Below are positions 1-9,627 of a stretch of 64,000 bases of DNA, in pieces. Source of the DNA: Candidatus Hydrogenedentota bacterium (lineage in GTDB: Bacteria > Hydrogenedentota > Hydrogenedentia > Hydrogenedentales > SLHB01); assembly GCA_052033955.1 (NCBI GenBank), contig JBPOJD010000003.1, positions 23,128-87,127 on the forward strand. The letters run 5' to 3'. A program made the position numbers and the translations under genes. Positions within the stretch are counted from its first letter, which is position 1; each line of letters opens with the position of its first letter. The notes below the pieces were generated by a model that searched no databases, was not told where the DNA came from, and saw nothing but the letters and a program-made list of their open reading frames with translations.

Positions 1-1022
1 TGGATGCCGACAACCTGCTGTACTACAAGGAAGCCCAGGACGGGCAGATCCTCGAAGAGGGCATCAACGAGGCCGGGTCGATGTCGTCGTTCATCGCGGC
101 GGGCACGGCCTATGCCAAGCAGGGCGTGTACACGATCCCCTTCTTCACGTACTACTCGATGTTTGGTTTCCAGCGCATCGGCGACCTGATCTGGGCCGCG
201 GCGGATTCGCGTGCGAAGGGCTTCCTCGTCGGCGGTACCGCCGGGCGCACGACGCTCAACGGCGAGGGGCTCCAGCATCAGGACGGCCACAGTCACCTGT
301 TGGCCTACCCGGTGCCCAACCTGATGGCCTATGACCTGGCCTTCGCGTTCGAGATTGCCGTGGTGATTCGCGATGGCATCCGCCGCATGTACCAGGAGCA
401 GGAGGATATCTTCTACTACCTCACGGTCGAGAACGAAAACTATCCGCAGCCGCCGATGCCGGGCGACGTGCGCGAAGGCATCCTCAAGGGCATGTACAAG
501 TTCAAGGCGTCGGACAAGAAGGACGCCCCGCTGCGCGCACAACTGTTCGGGAGCGGCGCGATTCTCAACGAAGTCATCAAGGCGCAGGCGCTACTTGAAG
601 AGTACGGCGTGGCTGCGGACGTGTGGAGCATCACGAGTTTCAAGGAACTCCAGCGCGACGCCATGGACGTGGAGCACTGGAACTTCCATCACCCAGACAA
701 GCGGCCCCGGAAATCGTACATCGAGCAGGTGCTCGAGAACGAAGACGGCGTGTTCGTCGCGGCGTCCGACTACGTCAAGGCCCTGCCCGACTCGATCAGC
801 AAGTGGTTCCCGCGTCCGCTGTTCTCGCTGGGAACCGACGGCTTCGGACGCAGCGAGACGCGCGAGGCGCTGCGCGATTTCTTCGAGGTGGACGCGCGGC
901 ACGTGGCCTTTGGCGCCCTGTATTCCTTGGCGCGCGAAAAGAAGATCAAACCGGCCCAACTGGCCAAGGCCATGGACGCCTTGGGCATCAACCCGGACAA
1001 ACCGCACGCCCTCGGGCTCTGA
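1..1022 (+). CDS. aceE: Pyruvate dehydrogenase E1 component, C-terminal part (5' end lies outside the window)
   Basis: Open frame from the window edge. Translation (SSFIAAGTAYAKQGVYTIPFFTYYSMFGFQRIGDLIWAAADSRAKGFLVGGTAGRTTLNGEGLQHQDGHSHLLAYPVPN...) matches the conserved C-terminal region of homodimeric AceE-type E1. It is followed by E2 and E3 genes. Confidence 0.9.
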   Translation, partial: DADNLLYYKEAQDGQILEEGINEAGSMSSFIAAGTAYAKQGVYTIPFFTYYSMFGFQRIGDLIWAAADSRAKGFLVGGTAGRTTLNGEGLQHQDGHSHLLAYPVPNLMAYDLAFAFEIAVVIRDGIRRMYQEQEDIFYYLTVENENYPQPPMPGDVREGILKGMYKFKASDKKDAPLRAQLFGSGAILNEVIKAQALLEEYGVAADVWSITSFKELQRDAMDVEHWNFHHPDKRPRKSYIEQVLENEDGVFVAASDYVKALPDSISKWFPRPLFSLGTDGFGRSETREALRDFFEVDARHVAFGALYSLAREKKIKPAQLAKAMDALGINPDKPHALGL

Positions 1023-1051
1023 CGCAACACGCAACGACAGGACGGTTCATC

Positions 1052-2407
1052 ATGGCAACAGAATTCACGCTGCCGGTCCTCGGCGAGAACATCGAGAAGG
1101 GGACGGTCGTCAAGGTGCTGGTCGCGGTGGGCGACGTTATCGAGAAGAACCAGCCCCTGCTGGAGCTCGAGACCGACAAGGCCGTGCTGGAGGTCCCGTC
1201 GGGCGTCAGCGGGACGGTGTCGGAGATCAAGGTGGCCGAAGGCGCCACGGTTTCGGTGGGACAGGTTGTCCTTCTCGTCGACGGTGCGGGCGCGCAGGGC
1301 GGCAAGAAGGCCGCTCCCGCTCCGGCCCCGCCTGCAACGAAGGAAGCGCCCGCTCCCGAGGCCCCGGCGCCTGCGGTGACGAGCGAGCAGGCGCCTCCGC
1401 CTGAAGAAAAGAAGCACACGGCGCCGCGCACCGAACGGCCGCGCGCAGCGATGACGGCCGAGGCAGCGCCGGCCCAGGATACCGGAGCGGATCGCCGATC
1501 GGTGGCGACGCCCACGGTACGGCGGATGGCGCGGGAAATCGGTGTGGATATCCATCAGGTCGCGGGCTCCGGTCCCGGTGGACGGATCACCGTCGAGGAT
1601 GTCAAAGAGTTTGCCCGGCAGCAGAACACGCCCGCCGCAGGACGGCCCCTGCAAGCCCCCTTGCGCGCGGCCACGCCTGCGGTGTTGCCGGATTTCGAGC
1701 GTTGGGGCGAGGTGGACGTGCAGGACATGAGCAGTGTGCGGCGCCGCACGGCCGAGCATATGGCCTATGCCTGGACGAGCATTCCGCACGTGACGCAGTT
1801 CGACAAGGCCGACGTGACCGATCTCGAACGGCTGCGCAAGGAGTACGGGCCGCGAGTCGAAAAGGCCGGCGGCAAGCTCACGATGACGGCCTTCCTCATC
1901 AGGATCCTCGCGGCGGCGCTCAAGCGCTTTCCGGCGTTCAATGCCACCATCGACGTCGACAACGAGCAGATCATCTTCAAGAAGTACGTCAATATCGGGG
2001 TTGCGGTGGACACGGACCGGGGCCTGCTGGTGCCGGTGCTTCGCGATGTCGACCAGAAGACCGTGACGGAGATCGCGGTCGAGCTGGCGGCCATCGCGCA
2101 GCGCACGCGGGATCGCAAGCTGAGCCTGGAGGACATGCAAGGCGGCACCTTCACGATCACGAATCTCGGCGGCATCGGCGGCACCGCGTTTACGCCCATC
2201 GTGAACGCGCCCGAGGTGGCGATCCTGGGCGTGTCGCGCTCGCAGATCGAGCCCGTCTACATCGACGGGCAGTTCCAGCCGCGGACCATGCTGCCGCTCT
2301 CGCTCTCGTACGACCACCGCATCATCGACGGCGCGGATGCGGCGCGCTTCCTGCGCTGGGTGGCCGAAGCCGCCGAACAACCGTTCCTGCTTTTCCTCGA
2401 AGGCTGA
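1052..2407 (+). CDS. aceF: Dihydrolipoyllysine-residue acetyltransferase (pyruvate dehydrogenase E2)
   Basis: Starts MATEFTLPVLGENIEKGTVVKVLVAVGDVIEKNQPLLELETDKAVLEVPS (lipoyl domain with the ETDKA motif). Has an Ala/Pro-rich linker, a peripheral-subunit-binding domain and a C-terminal catalytic domain ending DHRIIDGA. The ATG at 1052 has an AGGACGG Shine-Dalgarno. The longer ORF from 623 overlaps aceE and is rejected. Confidence 0.9.
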   Translation: MATEFTLPVLGENIEKGTVVKVLVAVGDVIEKNQPLLELETDKAVLEVPSGVSGTVSEIKVAEGATVSVGQVVLLVDGAGAQGGKKAAPAPAPPATKEAPAPEAPAPAVTSEQAPPPEEKKHTAPRTERPRAAMTAEAAPAQDTGADRRSVATPTVRRMAREIGVDIHQVAGSGPGGRITVEDVKEFARQQNTPAAGRPLQAPLRAATPAVLPDFERWGEVDVQDMSSVRRRTAEHMAYAWTSIPHVTQFDKADVTDLERLRKEYGPRVEKAGGKLTMTAFLIRILAAALKRFPAFNATIDVDNEQIIFKKYVNIGVAVDTDRGLLVPVLRDVDQKTVTEIAVELAAIAQRTRDRKLSLEDMQGGTFTITNLGGIGGTAFTPIVNAPEVAILGVSRSQIEPVYIDGQFQPRTMLPLSLSYDHRIIDGADAARFLRWVAEAAEQPFLLFLEG

Positions 2408-2433
2408 CACTGGCCAGGAGTAACGACTGAACC

Positions 2434-3858
2434 ATGGCGAACAACGACATCAAACCACTGGTGGTATTCGGCGGCGGTCCCGGCGGCTATGCGGCGGCCT
2501 TCATGGCGGCCGACCTCGGCCTGGACGTCACGATGATCGACCTCGAGGAGAATCCCGGCGGCACCTGCCTGTACCGCGGCTGCATTCCCTCGAAGGCGCT
2601 TCTGCACGCCGCCAAGGTCATGACGGATGCGCGCGAGGCCCGGCAGTGGGGCATCACCTTCTCCGAGCCGGAGATCAACCTCGACATGCTGCGAGACAAG
2701 ACCTATTCCGTCGTTGGTGGCCTGACCGGCGGCCTGGGCCAACTCTGCAAGGCGCGCAAGATCACCTTCATCCGCGGCCGCGCGCGCTTCGAGGACTCGA
2801 ACCGTTTGGTGGTCACGCGGAACAGCGGCGAGGAGGAGGAGGTGCGCTTTGCGAAGTGCATCCTGGCCGCCGGGTCGCGTCCGGCCATGCTGGACCACCT
2901 TCTGCTGGACTCCCCGCGCGTCATGAACTCGACCGATGCGCTCGAGATCGAGAACATCCCCGCGACGCTGCTCGTGATTGGCGGCGGATACATCGGTCTC
3001 GAACTTGGATCGGTGTATGCCGCGCTCGGCACCAAGGTGACCGTGGTGGAGATGACGCCGGGGTTGCTGCCCGGTGCGGATGCGGACCTGGTGAAACCGC
3101 TCGCCGACCGGATGCAGACGATCCTGCACAAGATTCTGCTGAAGACCAAGGTCGACAGCATGAAGGAAGTGAAGAACGGCATCGAGGTGAGGATGAGCGG
3201 CGAAGGGCTCGAGCAGCCGGTGCAGGTCTTCGAGAAGGTGCTCGTGTGCATCGGCCGCCGCCCCAATTCGAGCGGCATCGGACTCCAGAGCACTGACGTC
3301 GAAGTGGACGCCAAGGGATTTGTGAAGGTGGACGAGCAACGGCGCACGACCGACCCGAACATCTTCGCCGTTGGCGACATCACCGGGCAGCCGATGCTGG
3401 CCCACAAGGCCAGTCACGAGGGCCGTGTCGCAGCCGAAGTGATCGCGGGCAAGAACGCCGCCTTCGAACCCCGTGCGATTCCCGCGGTGGTCTTCACGGA
3501 CCCCGAACTGGCCTGGTGCGGCATCACGGAGAACGAGGCCCGGGCGGAGGGACGCGAGGTCAAGGTTGCCCGCTTCGCCTGGGGCGCCAGCGGCCGCGCG
3601 GCCACCATGGGCCGACCCGAGGGCCTGACCAAGATCATCGCCGATCCGGAGACGGACGAGGTGCTCGGGGTAGGCATCTGCGGCAGCGGCGCGGGCGAGC
3701 TGATCAGCGAGGGCGCCTTGGCCATGGAGATGGGGGCGCTTGCGAGCGACATCCAGTTCACCATCCATCCGCATCCCACACTCGGCGAGACCATCATGGA
3801 GACCGCCGAGATCATCTTCGGCAGCAGCACCCACAGCTACCGGGGGAAGAAAAACTAG
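2434..3858 (+). CDS. lpdA: Dihydrolipoyl dehydrogenase (E3)
   Basis: MANNDIKPLVVFGGGPGGYAAAF (FAD-binding GxGxxG). Contains GGTCLYRGCIPSK, the redox-active disulfide CxxxxC motif. Has the pyridine-nucleotide disulfide oxidoreductase dimerisation domain. Sits directly downstream of aceF. Confidence 0.9.
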   Translation: MANNDIKPLVVFGGGPGGYAAAFMAADLGLDVTMIDLEENPGGTCLYRGCIPSKALLHAAKVMTDAREARQWGITFSEPEINLDMLRDKTYSVVGGLTGGLGQLCKARKITFIRGRARFEDSNRLVVTRNSGEEEEVRFAKCILAAGSRPAMLDHLLLDSPRVMNSTDALEIENIPATLLVIGGGYIGLELGSVYAALGTKVTVVEMTPGLLPGADADLVKPLADRMQTILHKILLKTKVDSMKEVKNGIEVRMSGEGLEQPVQVFEKVLVCIGRRPNSSGIGLQSTDVEVDAKGFVKVDEQRRTTDPNIFAVGDITGQPMLAHKASHEGRVAAEVIAGKNAAFEPRAIPAVVFTDPELAWCGITENEARAEGREVKVARFAWGASGRAATMGRPEGLTKIIADPETDEVLGVGICGSGAGELISEGALAMEMGALASDIQFTIHPHPTLGETIMETAEIIFGSSTHSYRGKKN

Positions 3859-3875
3859 CCGTCATATCCTCTCCC

Positions 3876-4058
3876 ATGGGCAGCGGGTCTTGGGCCATCG
3901 CGCGGCGGCAATGGGTGAGTCTGCAGGAGGCATCGAGCAGCGAGGCGAGCCAGCGGCGCATTCTGCGTGCCCACGAGACGCTCGCCGCGCTGAACGAGCA
4001 GAACCGTGAACAGTTTGCCAAGGTCATAGAGTACCTGAGCAAGGCCACCGCGCCGTAA
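3876..4058 (+). CDS. Hypothetical small protein (60 aa)
   Basis: First ATG after the lpdA stop within ORF 3516..4058 (MGSGSWAIARRQWVSLQEASSSEASQRRILRAHETLAALNEQNREQFAKVIEYLSKATAP). No clear Shine-Dalgarno and no recognisable family. Confidence 0.2.
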   Translation: MGSGSWAIARRQWVSLQEASSSEASQRRILRAHETLAALNEQNREQFAKVIEYLSKATAP

Positions 4059-4068
4059 CGACCCGGCA

Positions 4069-4416
4069 TCAGCCGATCACGCCGCACCAGCGCAGCGCAA
4101 GCAGCGCGAGTCCCAGCAGCATGACCCCGCCAAAGAATCGAAACGTGTGACGCGTGGCGCGTTCCGGCAGGAAGGTGTCGAAGACGTGCCCCGAGGTGGC
4201 CCCGTACCGTACCGCCAGCGCGGTGAGGGGACAGCGCAGGCCGTTGAGCGAAAAGACAAGGGTTTCGGCGCCCAGCAGGACCAGGGCGGCCCACAGCCAG
4301 GCGCCCGAGCGGCCGGTCGCCCCCGCGTAGAGCACGACAAAGGTCGATGCCGCCATGACGAGGTAGATGGCCGTGTGCACCGCCCGCACGATGGCGAGGC
4401 GTTGTGCGTCGTTCAT
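4069..4416 (-). CDS. Small integral membrane protein (DUF2784-like)
   Basis: MNDAQRLAIVRAVHTAIYLVMAASTFVVLYAG...LNGLRCPLTALAVRYGA...HVFDTFLPE has two or three transmembrane helices. The ATG at 4416 is preceded by a GGAGAAAAGGA Shine-Dalgarno. Family assignment is from memory of DUF2784 conservation. Confidence 0.5.
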   Translation of the reverse strand: MNDAQRLAIVRAVHTAIYLVMAASTFVVLYAGATGRSGAWLWAALVLLGAETLVFSLNGLRCPLTALAVRYGATSGHVFDTFLPERATRHTFRFFGGVMLLGLALLALRWCGVIG

Positions 4417-4568
4417 GTCCTTTTCTCCATTGCCTGCAGCGATGCGCGTGACCGCACCCATGCTAACACACGCTGGCCGCTTTCCGGGCCTTGGATCCTG
4501 AAATCGACGTCATGCGCGCTATCTGGCATAATGCATCCGGTCGTTCACCCGAGGGGAGAAGAAGCACC

Positions 4569-5888
4569 ATGCGCATCAGTGTATTCGGATTGGGCTATGT
4601 CGGGGCCGTTTCGGGAATCTGCTTGGCCGAAGCAGGACACGAAGTCATCGGCGTGGATGTCGACGCGTTCAAGGTGGACACCATCAATCGCGGCGAGAGC
4701 CCGATTGTCGAGGAACTCGTGAGCGATATCACGCGCGCCGCGGTGGATTCGGGCCGCTTGCGGGCCACGACCAACGTAGGCGAGGCCGTGGCGGCGACCG
4801 ACATCTCCTGGGTATGCGTGGGCACCCCCTCGACGGAGGGCGGCGGGCTCGATTCGCGCTATGTGCAGCGCGTGTGCGAACAGATCGGCGATGCCCTCAA
4901 GGACAAGCAGGACTATCATCTGGTGGTGGTTCGCAGCACCGTGCTTCCGGGCACGGTGCACGGTGTGGCCATCCCGGCGTTGGAGACCTACTCGGGCAAG
5001 AAAGCGGGCCGGGACTTCGGGGTCTGCTTTCATCCCGAGTTCCTGCGCGAAGGGACGTCGGTCCGGGATTTCCGCGAACCGCCGAAGATCGTGATCGGCG
5101 CCGATGACGCGCGCGCGGCCGACCGGCTGGCGGAGATCTACGCGGGATTCACCGCGCCCCTCTTCAAGACGTCGGTCAATGCCGCCGAGATGGTCAAATA
5201 TGCCGACAACTGCTTTCACGCGTTGAAAGTGGTCTTCGGCAACGAGATCGGGGCGGTCTGCAAGGCGCTGGGGATCGACAGCCACGAGGTGATGCGCATT
5301 TTCTGCCAGGACCGGATCCTGAACATCAGCCCGGCGTACCTGATGCCGGGGTTTGCCTACGGCGGGTCGTGCCTGCCCAAGGATCTGCGCGCGCTCAACC
5401 ATCTGGCGCGGACGCAGCACCTCGAACTGCCTGTGCTCGCGAATGTGCACCGGAGCAACGAGCTGCACCTCAAGCGCACGGTGGATCTCGTGCTGGGGCT
5501 GAAGGAGCGTGAGGTGGCCCTGCTCGGACTGAGCTTCAAACCGGGCACGGACGATCTGCGGGAGAGTCCGCTGGTGGAACTGGCCGAGCAGCTTGTCGGC
5601 AAGGGCTGTTCGCTGGCCATCTACGACGAGTACGTCTCGATTGCACGGCTGCGCGGCGGCAACAAGGCGTATATCGAGCACAAGCTGCCGCACATTGCGC
5701 AGTTGCTGGTGGGCGACCTGGACCAAGCGATCCGCGAGGCGAAGGTCGTTGTCGTGGGCGCGGCCACCCCGGCCATCCGCGACGCCCTTGCGGCGCACGG
5801 CCACGGCAAGATCGTCGTGGACTTGGTGCGGCTGGCCAAGGGCGACCTGCCGGCGCTCGGGGCGTACCACGGGGTGAGCTGGGCGTGA
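4569..5888 (+). CDS. algD: GDP-mannose 6-dehydrogenase (UDP-glucose/GDP-mannose dehydrogenase family)
   Basis: MRISVFGLGYVGAVSGICLAEAGHEVIGVDV..., YLMPGFAYGGSCLPKDLRAL and LLGLSFKPGTDDLRESPLVELAE match AlgD-type GDP-mannose dehydrogenase closely. Shine-Dalgarno GAGGGGAGAAG upstream of the ATG at 4569. Confidence 0.8.
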   Translation: MRISVFGLGYVGAVSGICLAEAGHEVIGVDVDAFKVDTINRGESPIVEELVSDITRAAVDSGRLRATTNVGEAVAATDISWVCVGTPSTEGGGLDSRYVQRVCEQIGDALKDKQDYHLVVVRSTVLPGTVHGVAIPALETYSGKKAGRDFGVCFHPEFLREGTSVRDFREPPKIVIGADDARAADRLAEIYAGFTAPLFKTSVNAAEMVKYADNCFHALKVVFGNEIGAVCKALGIDSHEVMRIFCQDRILNISPAYLMPGFAYGGSCLPKDLRALNHLARTQHLELPVLANVHRSNELHLKRTVDLVLGLKEREVALLGLSFKPGTDDLRESPLVELAEQLVGKGCSLAIYDEYVSIARLRGGNKAYIEHKLPHIAQLLVGDLDQAIREAKVVVVGAATPAIRDALAAHGHGKIVVDLVRLAKGDLPALGAYHGVSWA

Positions 5889-5914
5889 CCGCCACGGCCT
5901 GAGGCCCGCTTGCG

Positions 5915-7231
5915 CTATTTCTCCGTTCGGGGCGAAAAGCCCAACGCTTGACGCATCTCTTGCGAGAACGCCTCGGCCACGATGTAGAGCAGGGTCGCCA
6001 GGAAGGCGAGCACGGTTGCCATGCCGATGCGGGCGCGGTTGCTCATGGCGCCCGCCCGAACCGTGTAGATCTCGTCCGAAATACGGTTGAGGCCGACCGG
6101 CTGTTTGCCAATCTCCGGCGACGGGCGCGTCATCTGGGACGCCGTGTCCGCGAGCAGGCGAACTTTGTCGACCTCCGCGAAGACGCCCTTGTAGATGTCG
6201 GCCTTGGCCGTCAGCTCCTTCTGGCGGTAGGTGTGCGAGGCCAGCTTGACCTGGAGCTGCTCCTTCTCCTGCGTGAGCCGCTCGATAGCCTGAGTGATCT
6301 CCGCGATCTGGCCCTCGGCCTCCGTCATCTTCTCCAGCGCAAGACTCTCATGCGACCGGATCGATGCGTAAATGTCGTTGAGTATCTCAGTCTTCATGGC
6401 GCGCGCGGACAGATCCTGCAGCGCGTCGTCGGCCCCCTCACTCTGGCGGAGCCAGTACACGTCGTCGGACGGGGCTTTCAGGACGGTCAGGACGCGCGTT
6501 TCCTTGTCCAGTTCGGCGCGCAGCGCCGCAGCCTGTCTGGCGGCGCCTTCCCGTGCGCGCTGGTAGGTGACCAGATCCTCTTCCAGTTTGGTCAGCCGGT
6601 CGACGATCCCCGTCAACTGGGCCGTCAGGACGGCGGTATTGCCCTCGCCCTCCTCGCGTGCCAGTTCATTCCAGAGCGATTCCAGCGTTTCGCGGTAGGC
6701 GCCCGCCTGCTGGGTCACGGTGTCGGCCGCCAGCCCCACCCGCATGTGGGTCGTCCGGTTCGCGACCTCGACGGCCACCGTGCCCCAGGTGTCCGCGATC
6801 TGCTTGGCGAGGTCCTCCGGTCCGGTTACCAGCAGCGAGATGTACGGGGAATACGTCACCGGGCGGGTCGTCTCGTCCACCGTGCGGACCACGGCGCGCA
6901 GGCTGCCGCTGAATACCGTCAGCCCGGGCGGCTCGTCGTTTCCCCAGGCATTCTGCTCGATCAGGCGCCTCCGGGTCTCGCCGAGCACGGCCTGACTCTT
7001 GAGCAGGGGTTCATACGACTTGGCGGTGAGGTCCTCGGGCAGGAAGGCGCCCAGTTCAGTGCCTGCGCGGAAGTTGGTTACTGCGAGGATCACCTCGGCG
7101 GTGCGCGGCGCCGTCCGAAAGAATGACGAGACGAAGGCGGCCGCGAACACCACAAGGGTGACAGCGATGAGCAGGGTCTTCCTCGCGATTACGGCCGTCG
7201 CGCCTCGAACGAGCAACTGAGCGCGGTCCAT
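5915..7231 (-). CDS. Polysaccharide chain-length determinant (Wzz/PCP-family, no kinase domain)
   Basis: N-terminal transmembrane helix (LLIAVTLVVFAAAFVSSFF), long coiled-coil periplasmic region, C-terminal transmembrane helix (IGMATVLAFLATLLYIVAEAF). Start placed at the second ATG (MDRAQLL) because the AGGAGG Shine-Dalgarno abuts the first ATG. Confidence 0.7.
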   Translation of the reverse strand: MDRAQLLVRGATAVIARKTLLIAVTLVVFAAAFVSSFFRTAPRTAEVILAVTNFRAGTELGAFLPEDLTAKSYEPLLKSQAVLGETRRRLIEQNAWGNDEPPGLTVFSGSLRAVVRTVDETTRPVTYSPYISLLVTGPEDLAKQIADTWGTVAVEVANRTTHMRVGLAADTVTQQAGAYRETLESLWNELAREEGEGNTAVLTAQLTGIVDRLTKLEEDLVTYQRAREGAARQAAALRAELDKETRVLTVLKAPSDDVYWLRQSEGADDALQDLSARAMKTEILNDIYASIRSHESLALEKMTEAEGQIAEITQAIERLTQEKEQLQVKLASHTYRQKELTAKADIYKGVFAEVDKVRLLADTASQMTRPSPEIGKQPVGLNRISDEIYTVRAGAMSNRARIGMATVLAFLATLLYIVAEAFSQEMRQALGFSPRTEK

Positions 7232-7502
7232 GCGCATCCTCCTGTGGGCGTTTGTCTAACACCTTGCCATTCTGGATGATAGCGCGGGCCGCCGACAGGA
7301 ATCAAGGCATGGACGGGGCCCAAACGGCCGCTCGCTGCCGGTTGACTCCACCGGGCACGATGCGGTAACCTCCCTTCAATAGACGGCTTAGCTCGCTTCG
7401 GACGTGTGCCCATCCAAGAACAGGCCCCGGAATGACGATGCACACCCAATATGTGACCCTTGCTTGCGGCAACGTCCCGGCGCGGCTGCGTCCGGAGGCC
7501 CA

Positions 7503-9587
7503 GTGAAGGGCATCGGCGCCCACGCGGGCAAGGTCCTTGGGCGCCTCAACAAGGTCCGCCATGCCGGACTCCGGAACGCTGCTGCCGCCGGGGCGTCTCG
7601 TCTCCGGAAGCGGCTCGCCGCCACGGGGCCGGGTGCCCGGCTGTTTCCTCTCCCCGGCGCGGTGGATATGGCGGTGCTCCGACAGGCAATCGCCCGCTCC
7701 ACGGACCCGGGGCAGGACCTCGCGGCCTGTTTCATTCAAAGCGCGCGGGCGCGGCACTTCCTGGACGACGCCGCGGCTTCGGCTGCATGTGTGCGAGCCG
7801 CGTTTCCCGACGCCGTCCCCGCAACAATCGCCGTCGCGGATGCGATCTGTGCACACCGGTTTCATTTCCTGGGCCGTGAGGTGGAATTCGGGCCGGAAAT
7901 CGACTGGCAATGGAACCCGGATGGGGCCATCCCGTGGCCGCTTGTCGACTCCGAGCTGTTCCGCTACCGTCACAGCTACTTTCGCGACGACCGGCCCGGC
8001 GACGTCAAGCATCCGTGGGAGCTGCACCGGCACCAGTATTTCATGACCCTCGCCAAGGCCTACCTCCATACGGGCGACGAACGCTATGCCGAGGCATTTG
8101 CAGCGCTGGTCCTCTCGTGGACCGAGGCCAACCCCTACGGTAAGGGACTGGGGTGGTACGGCTCGATGGAGTTCGGCATTCGGATCATCAGTTGGGCCAA
8201 CGCCTTTGCGGTGTTCCGGGGTTCGCCGCACTTCGTGGCGCACGGCCTCGAACCGTTTCTGTGTGGACTCTATGCCATGGCGCGGCGGCTGGCCGCCTTC
8301 CTGACCACGGACTGGCTGGTACCCACCAATCACCTGATCGGCGAAACCGCCGGTCTGTTTGTCTTCAGCGTCTGTTTCCCGCAGTTCAGGGAAAGCGCAC
8401 GATGGCGGCGCAAGGCGTTGCGCATCTTCGTGCGCGAAGTCGAGCGACAGATATTCAGGGACGGCGTCAACAAGGAGCAGGCGACGGGCTACCACCGCTT
8501 TGTGGTTGACTTCATCCTGTTGGTCATGCGCTTGGGCGAGTTGAACGGCGTGGCCCTGCCTCCTGTATTGCGCGAACGCCTGGAAGCGATGCTCGAATAC
8601 GAGCAGCATGTGCTGCCGCCGGACAACCGGGTGCCCCAGGTGGGCGATTGCGACGATGGGCGCGGCGTCCTTTTGGGTGAACACGACGCCTTTTTCGACT
8701 TTCGCGGCTGGCAGGCGGTGGGAGCGGTCTGGTTTGGCCGCGACGACTTCGCCCGGGCCGCGGCTGGTGGCACCGAGGAGGCCGTATGGCTGCTGGGTCC
8801 CGATGGCTGGCGCGCCTTTCAGGCGATGCGTCCCGGCGCCGAGCCGCGTGCGTCACGGCTGTTTCCCGAGGGCGGGCAGGCCATTCTGCGTACCGGCGAC
8901 GGTCCCCGCGACAGCTATGTCCACACGCGATGCGGTCCTTTTGGACTCGGCGGCGAGGGCTCGTCGGGACACAGCCACGCGGACATGCTTGCGCTGGCCA
9001 TTCACTGGAACGGCCTGCCCTTGGCGGTGGACTCCGGAACCTACGCCTACTACTGCGCGACGGACGAACGGGACGCCTTCCGCCGCACCGCCGCGCACAA
9101 CACCATCGCTCCCGACGATGTCGAGCTGGCTGCGATGCACCGCCTCAAGAATTGGGGAGCGGTGCCGCGCACGCAGTTGCTCGAGTGGACACCAGTGGCG
9201 CGGGGCGGCACGCTGCGTGCCCGGATGGAGTCCCCAGGCGGCTATATCCACGAGCGCGCGGTGTGCCTCGAGCCCGGACGGCTCATGATACATGACCAGC
9301 TGGCCATGGCGCCCGGACGTGCGGCCGGGCCTGTTGTGTGGCGCCTGCACCTTCATCCGGACTGCGACGCACGCGCCGATGGCGGCCTGGTTCACATCGT
9401 CCGCGATGGGAGACCGTTCGCACGGCTGACCTTCGACGGATTCAACGCCTGTTCGATTGATGACACGTGGTATGCGCCATCCTACGGCGTCAAGCAGCGC
9501 AATCGCTGTGTGACGCTCACGAAAGAGGGCAGCACCGCCGAGGTTTCTGTGACCTTGATGGACGACACGAGACGCCCGGCGAGCTGA
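7503..9587 (+). CDS. Heparinase II/III-like / alginate-lyase-family protein
   Basis: Region DWQWNPDGAIPWPLVDSELFRYRHSYFRDDRPGDVKHPWELHRHQYFMTLAKAYLHTGDERYAEAFAALVLSWTEANPYGKGLGWYGSMEFGIRIISWANAF is typical of alginate_lyase plus Hepar_II_III domain proteins found in O-antigen/EPS clusters. In-frame GTG at 7503 has a GGAGG Shine-Dalgarno 5 nt upstream; the ATG at 7404 is the alternative. No signal peptide is evident. Confidence 0.6.
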   Translation: MKGIGAHAGKVLGRLNKVRHAGLRNAAAAGASRLRKRLAATGPGARLFPLPGAVDMAVLRQAIARSTDPGQDLAACFIQSARARHFLDDAAASAACVRAAFPDAVPATIAVADAICAHRFHFLGREVEFGPEIDWQWNPDGAIPWPLVDSELFRYRHSYFRDDRPGDVKHPWELHRHQYFMTLAKAYLHTGDERYAEAFAALVLSWTEANPYGKGLGWYGSMEFGIRIISWANAFAVFRGSPHFVAHGLEPFLCGLYAMARRLAAFLTTDWLVPTNHLIGETAGLFVFSVCFPQFRESARWRRKALRIFVREVERQIFRDGVNKEQATGYHRFVVDFILLVMRLGELNGVALPPVLRERLEAMLEYEQHVLPPDNRVPQVGDCDDGRGVLLGEHDAFFDFRGWQAVGAVWFGRDDFARAAAGGTEEAVWLLGPDGWRAFQAMRPGAEPRASRLFPEGGQAILRTGDGPRDSYVHTRCGPFGLGGEGSSGHSHADMLALAIHWNGLPLAVDSGTYAYYCATDERDAFRRTAAHNTIAPDDVELAAMHRLKNWGAVPRTQLLEWTPVARGGTLRARMESPGGYIHERAVCLEPGRLMIHDQLAMAPGRAAGPVVWRLHLHPDCDARADGGLVHIVRDGRPFARLTFDGFNACSIDDTWYAPSYGVKQRNRCVTLTKEGSTAEVSVTLMDDTRRPAS

Positions 9588-9627
9588 CGTACGTGCCATC
9601 CGCTTCGGTGTGAAAGGAGAGACGACC

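Noticed and set aside
623-1051. N-terminal extension of the aceF ORF (starting at 623), overlapping aceE
   Set aside because: The extension overlaps the aceE coding region in another frame and is Arg-rich. The conserved lipoyl domain begins at the ATG at 1052, which has a Shine-Dalgarno.
770-2410. 546-aa minus-strand ORF antisense to aceF, plus similar long antisense ORFs throughout (e.g. 2257..3834, 4545..5870, 5948..7126, 21594..23192, 32393..33817, 33609..35174, 40635..41942, 45183..46457, 50746..52116, 54425..55813, 55916..57748, 59050..60861, 61828..62832)
   Set aside because: Each lies opposite a gene with clear family signatures. Their translations are low-complexity and rich in Arg, Gly, Ala and Pro, as expected from stop-codon depletion on the antisense strand of high-GC coding DNA. 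None has a Shine-Dalgarno or recognisable domain.
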